From assembly GCA_965601925.1 (NCBI GenBank), contig OZ271854.1:2944001-3008000 (forward strand): DNA of 64,000 nt. The letters run 5' to 3'. The notes below the pieces were generated by a model, which saw only the letters and a list, made by a program, of their open reading frames with translations, ran no database searches and was not told the DNA's origin. Source of the stretch: Alkalispirochaeta sp. (GTDB taxonomy: Bacteria > Spirochaetota > Spirochaetia > DSM-27196 > Alkalispirochaetaceae). Numbering within the stretch: the first letter of the stretch is position 1; every line of letters begins with the position of its first letter. Made by a program: the position numbers and the translations under genes. Below are positions 1 through 8,916 of this stretch, piece after piece.

Positions 1-221
1 TTGGAAAAGGCGGTGTAGAATCCGACCGGTATCCATATTGCCGTGAACCAAACATTGCTGTGGCTTGCCGCGTCGAGCATTGAATAGTCAAAGACCGTCA
101 TGCGATATGTAAACGTGAGTCCGGCCGAGAATATGGAGCCTATACCAATAGCGAGTCCAATGGTTCGCTGGAGGCGTAGCGGTATCACGTTTGCAGATTT
201 ACTCGAAGTGCTGTTGTTCAT
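1..221 (-). CDS. 5' part of a membrane sensor protein, paralog of the kinase at 339..1652 (runs off the left edge; not in the ORF track)
   Basis: Hand translation from ATG 221: MNNSTSSKSANVIPLRLQRTIGLAIGIGSIFSAGLT...NVWFTAIWIPVGFYTAFS. This aligns with PIVLRLQRIIGLAIAFGSI...GVWFVALWIPAGFYTAFS of the neighbouring kinase. Confidence 0.85.
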   Translation of the reverse strand, partial: MNNSTSSKSANVIPLRLQRTIGLAIGIGSIFSAGLTFTYRMTVFDYSMLDAASHSNVWFTAIWIPVGFYTAFS

Positions 222-338
222 AGTATGCCGGCCGACCCTCCGCTACCGTCTCACACGGCGACGGTCGTCCGCATGCTCGAATGGTGCGGGCTTTGCGACG
301 CGCGGTCACCCTCATGGGTCGACTCGCGAAACTGCGTT

Positions 339-1652
339 CTATGCCTCGACATCATCCGCGTCGGTATCGGCGCCGGCGATTAAAGGGGTCCGAATAATCC
401 ACGTGGTAAAGGGATTACGGCGCAGCGAAAGCTCGGCGTCGATCTGGCCCGCCAGGGCCTTCACAATGCGCAACCCACCGGATTTGGGATTATCCACTCC
501 AACCGAGTCGGGAATGCCTATACCGTGATCTTCGATCGTGACGGTCAGGGCTTTCTCTTGATAGTTCAAAAAGACCCATACGGGACGGTCGGTCAAGTCC
601 TGGGCGTAGGCATGTTGGACGACGTTGGAAAAGAGCTCGTTGATGATGAGTCCGAGGGGAATCGCCGTATCCATCTCCACCGCGACGTGCTCGACTTCGT
701 CGGTTTCCACAAAGAGAGAGGTTATCAGGCCGCTCCGGAGATACCCCTCGATGATCGCCCGGACGAACAGCTCGATCCCGACCACCGATACGCCGTCGTG
801 CTGATGAAACATCTCGTGCGTTTTGGCCATCGTCCGCACCCGTCTTTCCGCCTCGTTGAGAATGTCGCCGACCGATTTACGCGAGTCGTGTGTCTCCCCC
901 TGTTGGATTGAAAGGAGGCTGGCCACGATTTGTAAGCTGTTTTTCGTACGGTGGTGAAGCTCTTTGAGGAGCATCGCGTTGCGATCCCGTAGTGACTCGG
1001 CTTCTTTGAGAGACGTTTCCAACGCCTCGGTACGGAGACGGATCTGTTCTTCAAGATGTGCTCTACGGCGCTTTATCTCCTGCCACGCCGCTTCTCCTAT
1101 AGCCCAGTACATCACGCAGACCATGGTGATACCGGTAAACCATAAGATGAGAAAAATGGTAACTCGATCGGTCCACCGATATACGCTTACGATCACGCCC
1201 ACTGCGTAAAAGAGAATAGGTGGACCCAGCGTAAGAACCGGACGCCGTGTGAATAGATCATACGCAATGCCAAGTGCCAATCCGACGCCGAAAAACACCA
1301 TGCTGGTCAGCTCATTTTGACGAGCACTGATGGCTCCTATGCACGCCACACAAAAGCATGCATAAGCTTGGACCCAACGGGCCAGTTTTCGTTTTGAAAA
1401 AGCGGTATAGAAACCGGCGGGGATCCAAAGGGCGACGAACCACACCCCAAGATCCGAAACGGCAACTCGAAATGGGAGGCCGACGACCGTAACGAGAGAG
1501 ACTAATGTCAATATTGACGTACTAATCGAACCAAATGCTATAGCTAACCCGATGATTCGCTGAAGGCGAAGTACAATCGGGTTAGGAGCAGGCCAGATCG
1601 TATCATTGTACTCGGACGTCTGCCTCAGTTTCATGAACGATACCAACGGCAA
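339..1652 (-). CDS. Membrane-bound sensor histidine kinase, HisKA_2 family
   Basis: Multi-TM N-terminus, coiled coil, H-box ELHHRTKNSLQIVASLLSIQ, N-box GLIINELFSNVVQHA, G1 DHGIG, G2 GGLRIV. Start may be ATG 1634. Confidence 0.9.
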   Translation of the reverse strand: MPLVSFMKLRQTSEYNDTIWPAPNPIVLRLQRIIGLAIAFGSISTSILTLVSLVTVVGLPFRVAVSDLGVWFVALWIPAGFYTAFSKRKLARWVQAYACFCVACIGAISARQNELTSMVFFGVGLALGIAYDLFTRRPVLTLGPPILFYAVGVIVSVYRWTDRVTIFLILWFTGITMVCVMYWAIGEAAWQEIKRRRAHLEEQIRLRTEALETSLKEAESLRDRNAMLLKELHHRTKNSLQIVASLLSIQQGETHDSRKSVGDILNEAERRVRTMAKTHEMFHQHDGVSVVGIELFVRAIIEGYLRSGLITSLFVETDEVEHVAVEMDTAIPLGLIINELFSNVVQHAYAQDLTDRPVWVFLNYQEKALTVTIEDHGIGIPDSVGVDNPKSGGLRIVKALAGQIDAELSLRRNPFTTWIIRTPLIAGADTDADDVEA

Positions 1653-1661
1653 TGAGTTGTT

Positions 1662-2216
1662 CTACCACACCTCTCTAATACTCGCAGTAGAATTATAAAT
1701 CTCATCCATCGCCGGACAATCAACCGCCTTGATGCGACGCACCAAATCATCGTGTATTATATCATAATCGAACGCGCCTGAAGCGACGGGATTGTATTTT
1801 CCCATAGCCGCGTCGATCTGAGTGTCGCGCTTGTAGTCGACGATCATGGTTAGGGCCAAGAGCGCCATACCCCGATCGATAATCGCCGCGTCACCACCGC
1901 GAAAGTTCATGATCAGCCGGAGACGGTCGAGGATATCGCCGTCGTCGCTGGGATCGGCGTTGAAGAACGGCTTGGTTTCGCGCACCGATAGAATGTAGGT
2001 GCCGAGGTGGGCAACGGCGGTACGCGTCGGTTGATCGCACCCTGCGAGAAAGGGGATCGCTGCGATCAATCTGGCGACCGGCTTGTCGTGGAACCGTGCA
2101 CGCTCTTCCTCATCCATACGGAACGAACGACCAACCGCCTCGGCGATCTCCGGCCATTGTGCGGAGAACACGCGCGAGAAATCGAGGGCGTTATTGACGG
2201 ACATGTCACGTAACAT
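1662..2216 (-). CDS. Hypothetical alpha-helical protein with a DYxRDxxxDxxxGKYNP motif and C-terminal Trp
   Basis: 184-aa ORF with GGAGGT SD upstream, ending just before the kinase start. Function not recognised. Confidence 0.8.
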   Translation of the reverse strand: MLRDMSVNNALDFSRVFSAQWPEIAEAVGRSFRMDEEERARFHDKPVARLIAAIPFLAGCDQPTRTAVAHLGTYILSVRETKPFFNADPSDDGDILDRLRLIMNFRGGDAAIIDRGMALLALTMIVDYKRDTQIDAAMGKYNPVASGAFDYDIIHDDLVRRIKAVDCPAMDEIYNSTASIREVW

Positions 2217-2278
2217 GGGCAGATACCTCCGGAAACGTTATTGGATGTGGTGAAAGGCAATGCTGATGTGCTGTCTTT

Positions 2279-2329
2279 ACCGTATCAAGATTTGCGCATT
2301 TCGGTCAATGAGAAATGGTTTCTATTGAC
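2279..2329 (-). promoter_or_regulatory. Putative sigma70 promoter with an overlapping imperfect inverted repeat
   Basis: Minus strand TTGACC (2308-2303), N18, TGA-TACGGT (-10 at 2284-2279). Inverted repeat GTCAATGAGAAA/TTTCTATTGAC at 2304-2329. Confidence 0.5.
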
Positions 2330-2802
2330 ATTTGACCATAGCGCCGCCGGCAGAATCCGCCAACCGCGTTCCGTCATCGCTACAAGCGAGCGGCGGAGGC
2401 GAGTACGTCCCGAGTCGTCTCTGCATTCGCCTCGCCGGACACCGCAGCGGCGGCCCGCACTCCAACCGTACGGGTGCGTATCTGCCTGCTCATCGGCGTT
2501 CTATCCCTTAACCTAACTACCATAAGGTAGTTGGAGCGTGCCCGCCGCGGCACATAGTGGAAGACTCGCACAGGGAGAGGCGTTCGACCACGGACGGTAG
2601 GTGGTATCGTGACCACGACGAACGGTGTAAGAACCGGGCGGAACCGACACATCGCACTGCGCGCCTCGTGATGCTCTTGAACCGTCTTATCGCACAGCCG
2701 GCCGGTTTTATTCGGCGCGGGGCGGTATAATAACTATATTGCATATACACGAACCGAAGGGGGGAACGGTGCGTGGAGAGCCCGGTCGAAGGAGGAGCTT
2801 GT

Positions 2803-3807
2803 ATGACCGACCACGGGACACCGTTTGTCACCGTGCGGAAGATCCATTCCTCGAGGAGCGTTGTCTGCGGTTCATCGGGTGAGGCGGCGGTCGCGGAACT
2901 GCAAAGCGATCACAGCGGTCCGTTGCACGGTGCCTCCGAAAGTATCGGATCGAACGCGAAAGACGGAGATCCGGCGGTCTATCGACACGCCGACATCGAC
3001 GGCGCAAAGACGGCCTATCTGCGCATGGGGCGGGGCGAGCCGGTCCTCCTTCTCCACGGCATCGGAAGCTACTCCTACATTTGGCGCAATGTGGTACCGC
3101 TTCTCACGGATCGATTCGAGGTGATTGTGCCGGATCTGTTGGGCTGCGGTTACTCGACCGCCGCGCCGAACAAGCCGCTCGACCTCCGTGCACAGTACGA
3201 GCAAATCCTACGCTTCATACAAACGCTCGGTATACCGTCTCTGCACGTCGTCGGGCACGACTTCGGCGGCGCGATAGCGCAACTCTTGGCGATACACTCA
3301 CCCGAGGTGGTCAAGACCTTGATGCTGGTGAACTCGATCGGATACGACTACTGGCCCGTTACCGCCGTCAAAGCGGCTCGTTTTCCCATCGTGCGTCAGT
3401 TGGTCATAGGGCTCTTGGACAAGACCGTCTTTGCGTCGATGTTGCGTCGCGCGGTCTATTTCCCGGAACGCCTCACAAAAGGGGTCGTCGATCAGTATAG
3501 ATTGCCGTACCGAGCGGCGGCCGCTCGTCGAACGTTGATGCGTCTCCTGCGTTCTCTCGAACACGGGTATCTCGTCTCCGAGGCGCCCGGACTCAAACAC
3601 CTGACGATGCCCGCCTGCGTCGTCAGGGCCGCCAACGACGTCTATCTCAGCCGAGCGATCGCCGTCCGTCTGGCCGCAGACATCCCGACGGCGCGCTTGG
3701 TCGAAATAGACGAGGCGGGTCACTTCGTTCAGGAGGACAAGCCCGAACGGGTCGCAGAGCTCTTCCTCGAACTTGCCGGAGCCGACGGCGAACGACGTAC
3801 GCGGTGA
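2803..3807 (+). CDS. Alpha/beta-fold hydrolase (Asp-nucleophile, epoxide hydrolase/dehalogenase type)
   Basis: LLHG, PDLLGCG, GHDFGG nucleophile elbow, AGHF catalytic His. GGAGGA SD before ATG 2803. Confidence 0.9.
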   Translation: MTDHGTPFVTVRKIHSSRSVVCGSSGEAAVAELQSDHSGPLHGASESIGSNAKDGDPAVYRHADIDGAKTAYLRMGRGEPVLLLHGIGSYSYIWRNVVPLLTDRFEVIVPDLLGCGYSTAAPNKPLDLRAQYEQILRFIQTLGIPSLHVVGHDFGGAIAQLLAIHSPEVVKTLMLVNSIGYDYWPVTAVKAARFPIVRQLVIGLLDKTVFASMLRRAVYFPERLTKGVVDQYRLPYRAAAARRTLMRLLRSLEHGYLVSEAPGLKHLTMPACVVRAANDVYLSRAIAVRLAADIPTARLVEIDEAGHFVQEDKPERVAELFLELAGADGERRTR

Positions 3808-5764
3808 TGCACCCTTGGAAGATCTCCGTAACGAACTGAAGCTTCTGAGGGAGGAGAACGAGTTCCTCACCCACGCCGCCGAAAACATTCACCTCCTCAA
3901 CGCCGTTGCGGAGTATATGGCGCTTCGGCCGGAGTCGGAGGGCGTTTTTTCGACGTTAATGGAGAGTCTTGCCGCCGTCAAAGAGTGCGATCACCTCGCC
4001 CTGCTCGCCGTCGATGGCGGTTTTCGGTTGGTCGAGGAGTATCCCCACCGAGACGCGTCGACCCGACCATGGCGCTCTCATCCCCTGCCGACGAACTATC
4101 GCGACATCAACACGCGGGAGATCTCCCTGATACGCGTTTTGGATGAGGCGGGATTCTGGCACGACGTCGCGCGCGATCTATGGGCTCCTCGGGAGATAGA
4201 TCGCATGCTGGTACTGCCTTTTTTTCGGCAAAGTCGTCCTTATCGCATCTTGATACTGACGTTGCCGACCGATGAGACCGACGACCTATCCGGGTTTCTC
4301 TCCATACTGGAGCGGATTCGCGACTTGGTCGAATCTCGCGTCCGCATGAACGAGATGATTGCGGAGATCAACACGTTGAACGACCAGCTGCGACGGAAGC
4401 TGGCACGCGAGCTGGCGATCAACGCCGACCTTCGTGAGCAGGTCGCGACGGAGGTGACCTTCGACTCCAAGACGGGACTGTTAAGTCGCTACGGATTCTT
4501 TGAGAAGTTCGCGGAGATCATCGGCACGGGGGACCATCGCCATTTCGCCGTCATGAAGGTGAATATCAACCGCTTTGCCACGGTAAATCACACGATGGGA
4601 ACCGACGCCGGCGACGTGATCATTCGCGTCACCGCCCAGCGGATTCAACGTGCGCTTCGTTATACCGACCTCTTGGCGCGGGTCGGGAGCGACCATTTTT
4701 TGATTCTTCTGGTGCAGGAGCGGGACGAAGAGCGAGGTTCACGAGAGATTCAAATAGCTCACCACATCTTCGACGAGATGGACACACCGTTTGCGTTGCA
4801 CGGGAAGGAGGTGCTTCTCTCCATCAGCATCGGCATTACCTATCCCGCACCGGACCGGGAGATCGTGCCGGAAAAGCTCGTCGACGAGGCCCACGAGGCG
4901 ATGGTTATCGCCAAAGAGAAAAACGAGAGCAAGTTCGAGATTTACTCCGGGAGCGTCGCGGCGGGCAGTAGAACGGAGAAGCTCCTGGAAATTGATCTCT
5001 GGAAAGGCATCAAGGACGACGCCTTTTTCATGCTGTTTCAGCCGATCGTCAGCCTCGAGACGGGACGCGTTGCCAAGTTGGAGTCTCTGGTGAGATGGGA
5101 CCATCCGACTCTGGGGCAGGTTGCGCCGAGTCGGTTCATTCCGATCGCCGACAAGACCGGTCTTATCGTCGAGCTCGGGAACTGGATTTTGCACGACGTG
5201 GCCCGGACGCTCCGCGTACTCGACGAGCGGTATCCACAGAATCCGGAGGTGCCGGTTTCGGTAAACGTATCGGTCAAGCAACTCATCGCGCGAGGATTCG
5301 TAGAGAGTATCCGCGAGCTCAACTCCACGCTCTCCCGAACGTCGTGGAAGCTGGGAATAGAGATAACCGAAAGCGAACTGATTCGATATTTCGACAAGAC
5401 GAAAGAGGTGTTGGAGAACATATCGTCCACCGGCATCGCCATCAGTCTCGACGATTTTGGAACGGGCTACTCCTCGCTCAGCTATCTTCCGAACTTGCAG
5501 TACGACAGTATCAAGATTCCGCGAGAGTTCATTAAGGCTATCACCGAGAACCGCAGTCACAGAAACATCGTCAAGGCGGTCATCGACTTGGCCCATACCC
5601 TGGACAAAGAGGTCATCATAGAGGGAGTGGAGACCAAAGAGCAGCTGACCCTGGTCAAGGGCCTGGAAGCCGATTACGTCCAAGGCTATTACTTCCTGAA
5701 ACCGGCGACCGAGGCGGAGATCATCGACCGGCTTCGACACGACACCTTTCGGTTTGCGTTGTAG
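3773..5764 (+). CDS. GGDEF-EAL protein with N-terminal coiled-coil/GAF-like region
   Basis: DSKTGL, degenerate GSDHF, FQPIV, ESLVRW, DDFGTGYSS, EGVET, QGY. Confidence 0.9.
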   Translation: MPEPTANDVRGDAPLEDLRNELKLLREENEFLTHAAENIHLLNAVAEYMALRPESEGVFSTLMESLAAVKECDHLALLAVDGGFRLVEEYPHRDASTRPWRSHPLPTNYRDINTREISLIRVLDEAGFWHDVARDLWAPREIDRMLVLPFFRQSRPYRILILTLPTDETDDLSGFLSILERIRDLVESRVRMNEMIAEINTLNDQLRRKLARELAINADLREQVATEVTFDSKTGLLSRYGFFEKFAEIIGTGDHRHFAVMKVNINRFATVNHTMGTDAGDVIIRVTAQRIQRALRYTDLLARVGSDHFLILLVQERDEERGSREIQIAHHIFDEMDTPFALHGKEVLLSISIGITYPAPDREIVPEKLVDEAHEAMVIAKEKNESKFEIYSGSVAAGSRTEKLLEIDLWKGIKDDAFFMLFQPIVSLETGRVAKLESLVRWDHPTLGQVAPSRFIPIADKTGLIVELGNWILHDVARTLRVLDERYPQNPEVPVSVNVSVKQLIARGFVESIRELNSTLSRTSWKLGIEITESELIRYFDKTKEVLENISSTGIAISLDDFGTGYSSLSYLPNLQYDSIKIPREFIKAITENRSHRNIVKAVIDLAHTLDKEVIIEGVETKEQLTLVKGLEADYVQGYYFLKPATEAEIIDRLRHDTFRFAL

Positions 5765-5919
5765 GCGGTCGCACCCCTGCCGATCCGTCCGGCGATAGGC
5801 CGTCTCGGTGAAGACGACGATACACCGACGTACGCCGTACCGTTTCGGCCGGTGTCGGTACGAGGAGTGCGACGCTCATAGACCGGATGTCGGAATCATT
5901 CCGCGTATGGTGCTTGATC

Positions 5920-6270
5920 TCAGCCGGGAGACGACGCAAACAGCCGCTCCAGCTCGGCCCGATCCGGTGCGATCGCCGTTCCGCGGTCGGTACGCACGAT
6001 CGGCAGGCGCGCCAAAGAGGGTGTTTCGGCGATTTCCTCGATCGGATCGTAATCCATGTAGTCGAGACCGCGCTTTTTGTAGGCCGCTCCGTCGCGATCG
6101 ATTAGACGGTCCGCCCCGCCGACCGCCGCGGCGAAACGCTCCAGCTCACCGGCGGAGAGCGGCCGCTTGCGAACTTCGCGCACCGCGAATCGAATGCCTC
6201 GCTCGCTGCAAAAGCGCTCGACGGTCCGCACGGCGTTGGTGCGCTTATCGCAAATGATCTCGGGAACCAT
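5920..6270 (-). CDS. ArsC/Spx-family protein
   Basis: RFCSERGIRF, PLSAGEL, PSLARLPIVR pattern. TAGAAT lies 6 nt before the ATG. Confidence 0.75.
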   Translation of the reverse strand: MVPEIICDKRTNAVRTVERFCSERGIRFAVREVRKRPLSAGELERFAAAVGGADRLIDRDGAAYKKRGLDYMDYDPIEEIAETPSLARLPIVRTDRGTAIAPDRAELERLFASSPG

Positions 6271-6398
6271 GCGCGCATTCTAACGGCGTCGCCGACGTCC
6301 GCCAAGAGAGCGAGACTGCGACGCGAAGGTATCCGCGACCGTCGTGTATTACGACCGTGTCGATCGAGCCCGTGTGCGAGTCGTGATATAGTCTTGTC

Positions 6399-6974
6399 GT
6401 GGTGATTCCGTCCGCGCTTCGCGACCATATCGACTCCATTTCACCCCTTAGGAACGCGACGTGGGAGGCGCTCCGAGCATTGTTCGCGCCGCGGAAGCTG
6501 AGTCGGCGGGAGATCTTCGTGAAATCGGGACGGGTGGCGACGGAGGTGGGACTCCTCGAATCGGGATACGTGCGATCGTTTTTCGTGACCGAGGACGGCG
6601 CGGAGTACAACAAGCATATGTTTGTGGCGCCCTCCGTTATCGGCGACTACGCCTCGTTACTGTCCGGTCGACCGGTGCGTCTTCCCCAACAGGCGCTCAC
6701 GCCGTGCGCGGTCTGGGTCGCCGATTACCGTCGTATCCTGGAGCTGGAGCGCCGGTTCGACGATCTGAGGCGGTTGGCGCGTCGCTTTGCGGAGGCGATG
6801 TATCTTGAGAAGGAGGAGCGTGAACTCGAAATGGCCACGATGTCGGCGAAAGAGCGCTACCTCAAGCTTCGGCAACGATATCCCGAAATGGAGCGGGAGA
6901 TACCGCAGTACGAAATTGCCTCCTATTTGGGCGTCACCGCCACGCAACTGAGCCGCGTTCGTGCCCGTCTGTAG
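6399..6974 (+). CDS. Crp/Fnr-family transcriptional regulator (cNMP-binding)
   Basis: GYVRSFF..DGAEYNKHMF, AKERY, IPQYEIASYLGVTATQLSRVR. Confidence 0.9.
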   Translation: MVIPSALRDHIDSISPLRNATWEALRALFAPRKLSRREIFVKSGRVATEVGLLESGYVRSFFVTEDGAEYNKHMFVAPSVIGDYASLLSGRPVRLPQQALTPCAVWVADYRRILELERRFDDLRRLARRFAEAMYLEKEERELEMATMSAKERYLKLRQRYPEMEREIPQYEIASYLGVTATQLSRVRARL

Positions 6975-7028
6975 CGCCATCAACATAGGTACATGACCAA
7001 CCTCATACACCGTGCGTATCATGCACGT

Positions 7029-7466
7029 ATGACAAAGCATGACACGACATACCCCGGCAGGATGTGGCGCATTGTGTTCGCGGCGGCGGCGGGTTGGACT
7101 GCGTTGGGTGCGATCCCCGCCCTGACAGACACGGTGCGTACCTTTCAGCGATTCTACGGATTCGCACCGGAATCGACGCTGGTGGTAGAGCTCTTTCGCG
7201 GGGCCTGGGGGCAGTCGCTGCTCTTCGCCCTGGGGTACCTCTTGGCCGCTATCGACCCATGGCGTCACGCCGGGCTCGTCGCTCTCGGAGGCGTCGGAAA
7301 GGCGGTCTACGCGTTCAGGCTCCTCGGCGATGTAATCTCCGGTGAGGGTGGGCCGCTTGCGATCGTCGCGCTTGTCGGCGATCTCATCTTTGTGCTGCTC
7401 TTCGCGCTCTTTCTCGCGAATACCGGCGCGTTGAGGTCGTTGCTGCACCCGTCGCGGTCGGATTAA
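7029..7466 (+). CDS. Small 4-TM membrane protein
   Basis: Four hydrophobic segments. TATCAT 6 nt upstream of ATG 7029 supports this start. Confidence 0.7.
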   Translation: MTKHDTTYPGRMWRIVFAAAAGWTALGAIPALTDTVRTFQRFYGFAPESTLVVELFRGAWGQSLLFALGYLLAAIDPWRHAGLVALGGVGKAVYAFRLLGDVISGEGGPLAIVALVGDLIFVLLFALFLANTGALRSLLHPSRSD

Positions 7467-7523
7467 GAACGGGCTACCGAGTCTGGGCGAAGTCACGCGG
7501 AAACGGCGCGGCGGTCGTCCTTG

Positions 7524-8849
7524 CTACTCGATTGCGCTCAGCATCGCCTCGACGTGGAGTTCGACCGAGTCGGTATCGACGATCTCGTCGATCCGTTGGT
7601 GAATCCACGCCGCGGATAGTTCGTGTCTGCTGTGGTTATACAGAAACCAGAACCAATCCATCACACGATAGATCGTCGACTCCCGATGGAAGGCGGCCTC
7701 GCGTAGCGCGGCGACTTCCGCCACGAGGCGCCGCGGCAGCGGACGCGGGATCAGCGCCGTGCCGACGAGCTCGTACGCGGAGTATCGGTGTGCCTCGCTG
7801 TGTAACGACGCATAATCGCCGGTGGGACGTCCGACGAGAAGTCTCGCTCGATCCGTACGAAAGAGCCCCTCGAACCCTTCGATCTCGCCGATCTCCTGGA
7901 GTCGTCCGGCTACGACGTCAAGCACCTTCCCGGCGCTGTACGACAGCCCGCTCGACGGGACGATGAGCTCGTGACCGGGTGTCCCGTCGACCTCGGCGAC
8001 GATGAACGAGTCGACCCTCCGCCCGCGATCCGCGAGTCGTATCCGGTTGAACAACCACCTTTCCGTGCGCTCGCCGCTCGGCGGTACCGACGACACGCCG
8101 CCGGACGCCGAATTGATGAATCGCCATCCGGCGTCGGCGGCGTCGTAGAACGCAAAATAGTAAGCGCCCAGTTCACTATCGGGATCGTTGGGAAAGACGA
8201 AGGTAACCACGAGCTCTTCGTCGGTATCTTCGTCGAGATTCGCAGTGACGTACGACGTGGCGTAGGGAGTCATACCTCCAATCTCCGCTTCCGGTGATGC
8301 GATGCTCGGGGGAGGAAGATGGCGAAGCACGACGCGATCGAAGGCGTCCAATGACCGCAAATAGGCGATATCTCGATCGGTTCGAAGGTGGTTGTAGTAC
8401 CGATATCCGCTGCGTAACGCATTCGAGAGATGAGAAAACCCGGCGACGGCATCCTCGCGCATGGACGCCGCGCAGGCTGCATTGTACCAGGCGAAGTCGA
8501 TGTGGTCGTAGCCGAGCAGCGCCGCCATGACGAACGACCGTTCGCTGAGAACGAAGTCGCGTTGCAAAAACGCGACACTTCCCAACTCATAGTACCAGTC
8601 GCCCTCGGAGGACCATGCGAGCGCCTGAATGTATAACTCGCGCGCGGCAGCCAAATCCCCACCGAGCCGCGCCGCCTCAGCCGACTCGGCGAGGGGCCGA
8701 CCGCCCGCTCTATCCCGGCGGTTTGCATTCAAGACCACGTCGCTGTCAAATAGATCGATGGTCTCTTCCCCGACGGCCTCGGCCGCCGGCAACGCGATCC
8801 CGATCAGCAGTGCGACCATCAGCCTCACAACAGTGGACGAGGTTATCAT
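7524..8849 (-). CDS. Secreted TPR-repeat protein with degenerate DxDxD-type repeats
   Basis: Signal-like hydrophobic N-terminus, TPR helices (WYYELG, AWYNAAC, DRDIAYLR), ANLDEDTDEEL and EVDGTPGHEL. Start may be 8897. Confidence 0.7.
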   Translation of the reverse strand: MITSSTVVRLMVALLIGIALPAAEAVGEETIDLFDSDVVLNANRRDRAGGRPLAESAEAARLGGDLAAARELYIQALAWSSEGDWYYELGSVAFLQRDFVLSERSFVMAALLGYDHIDFAWYNAACAASMREDAVAGFSHLSNALRSGYRYYNHLRTDRDIAYLRSLDAFDRVVLRHLPPPSIASPEAEIGGMTPYATSYVTANLDEDTDEELVVTFVFPNDPDSELGAYYFAFYDAADAGWRFINSASGGVSSVPPSGERTERWLFNRIRLADRGRRVDSFIVAEVDGTPGHELIVPSSGLSYSAGKVLDVVAGRLQEIGEIEGFEGLFRTDRARLLVGRPTGDYASLHSEAHRYSAYELVGTALIPRPLPRRLVAEVAALREAAFHRESTIYRVMDWFWFLYNHSRHELSAAWIHQRIDEIVDTDSVELHVEAMLSAIE

Positions 8850-8916
8850 ACGTCTGCATTGTTGCTCGATTTTTAACCGTGGATCACGTTCCGACATGGG
8901 GAGCCGACCGAGGTAC

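Noticed and set aside
2505..2535. TAACTA...TAAGGTAG resembling the 23S rRNA/I-CeuI site, or a dif site
   Set aside because: Only a partial match, no rRNA context, no XerC/XerD arms.
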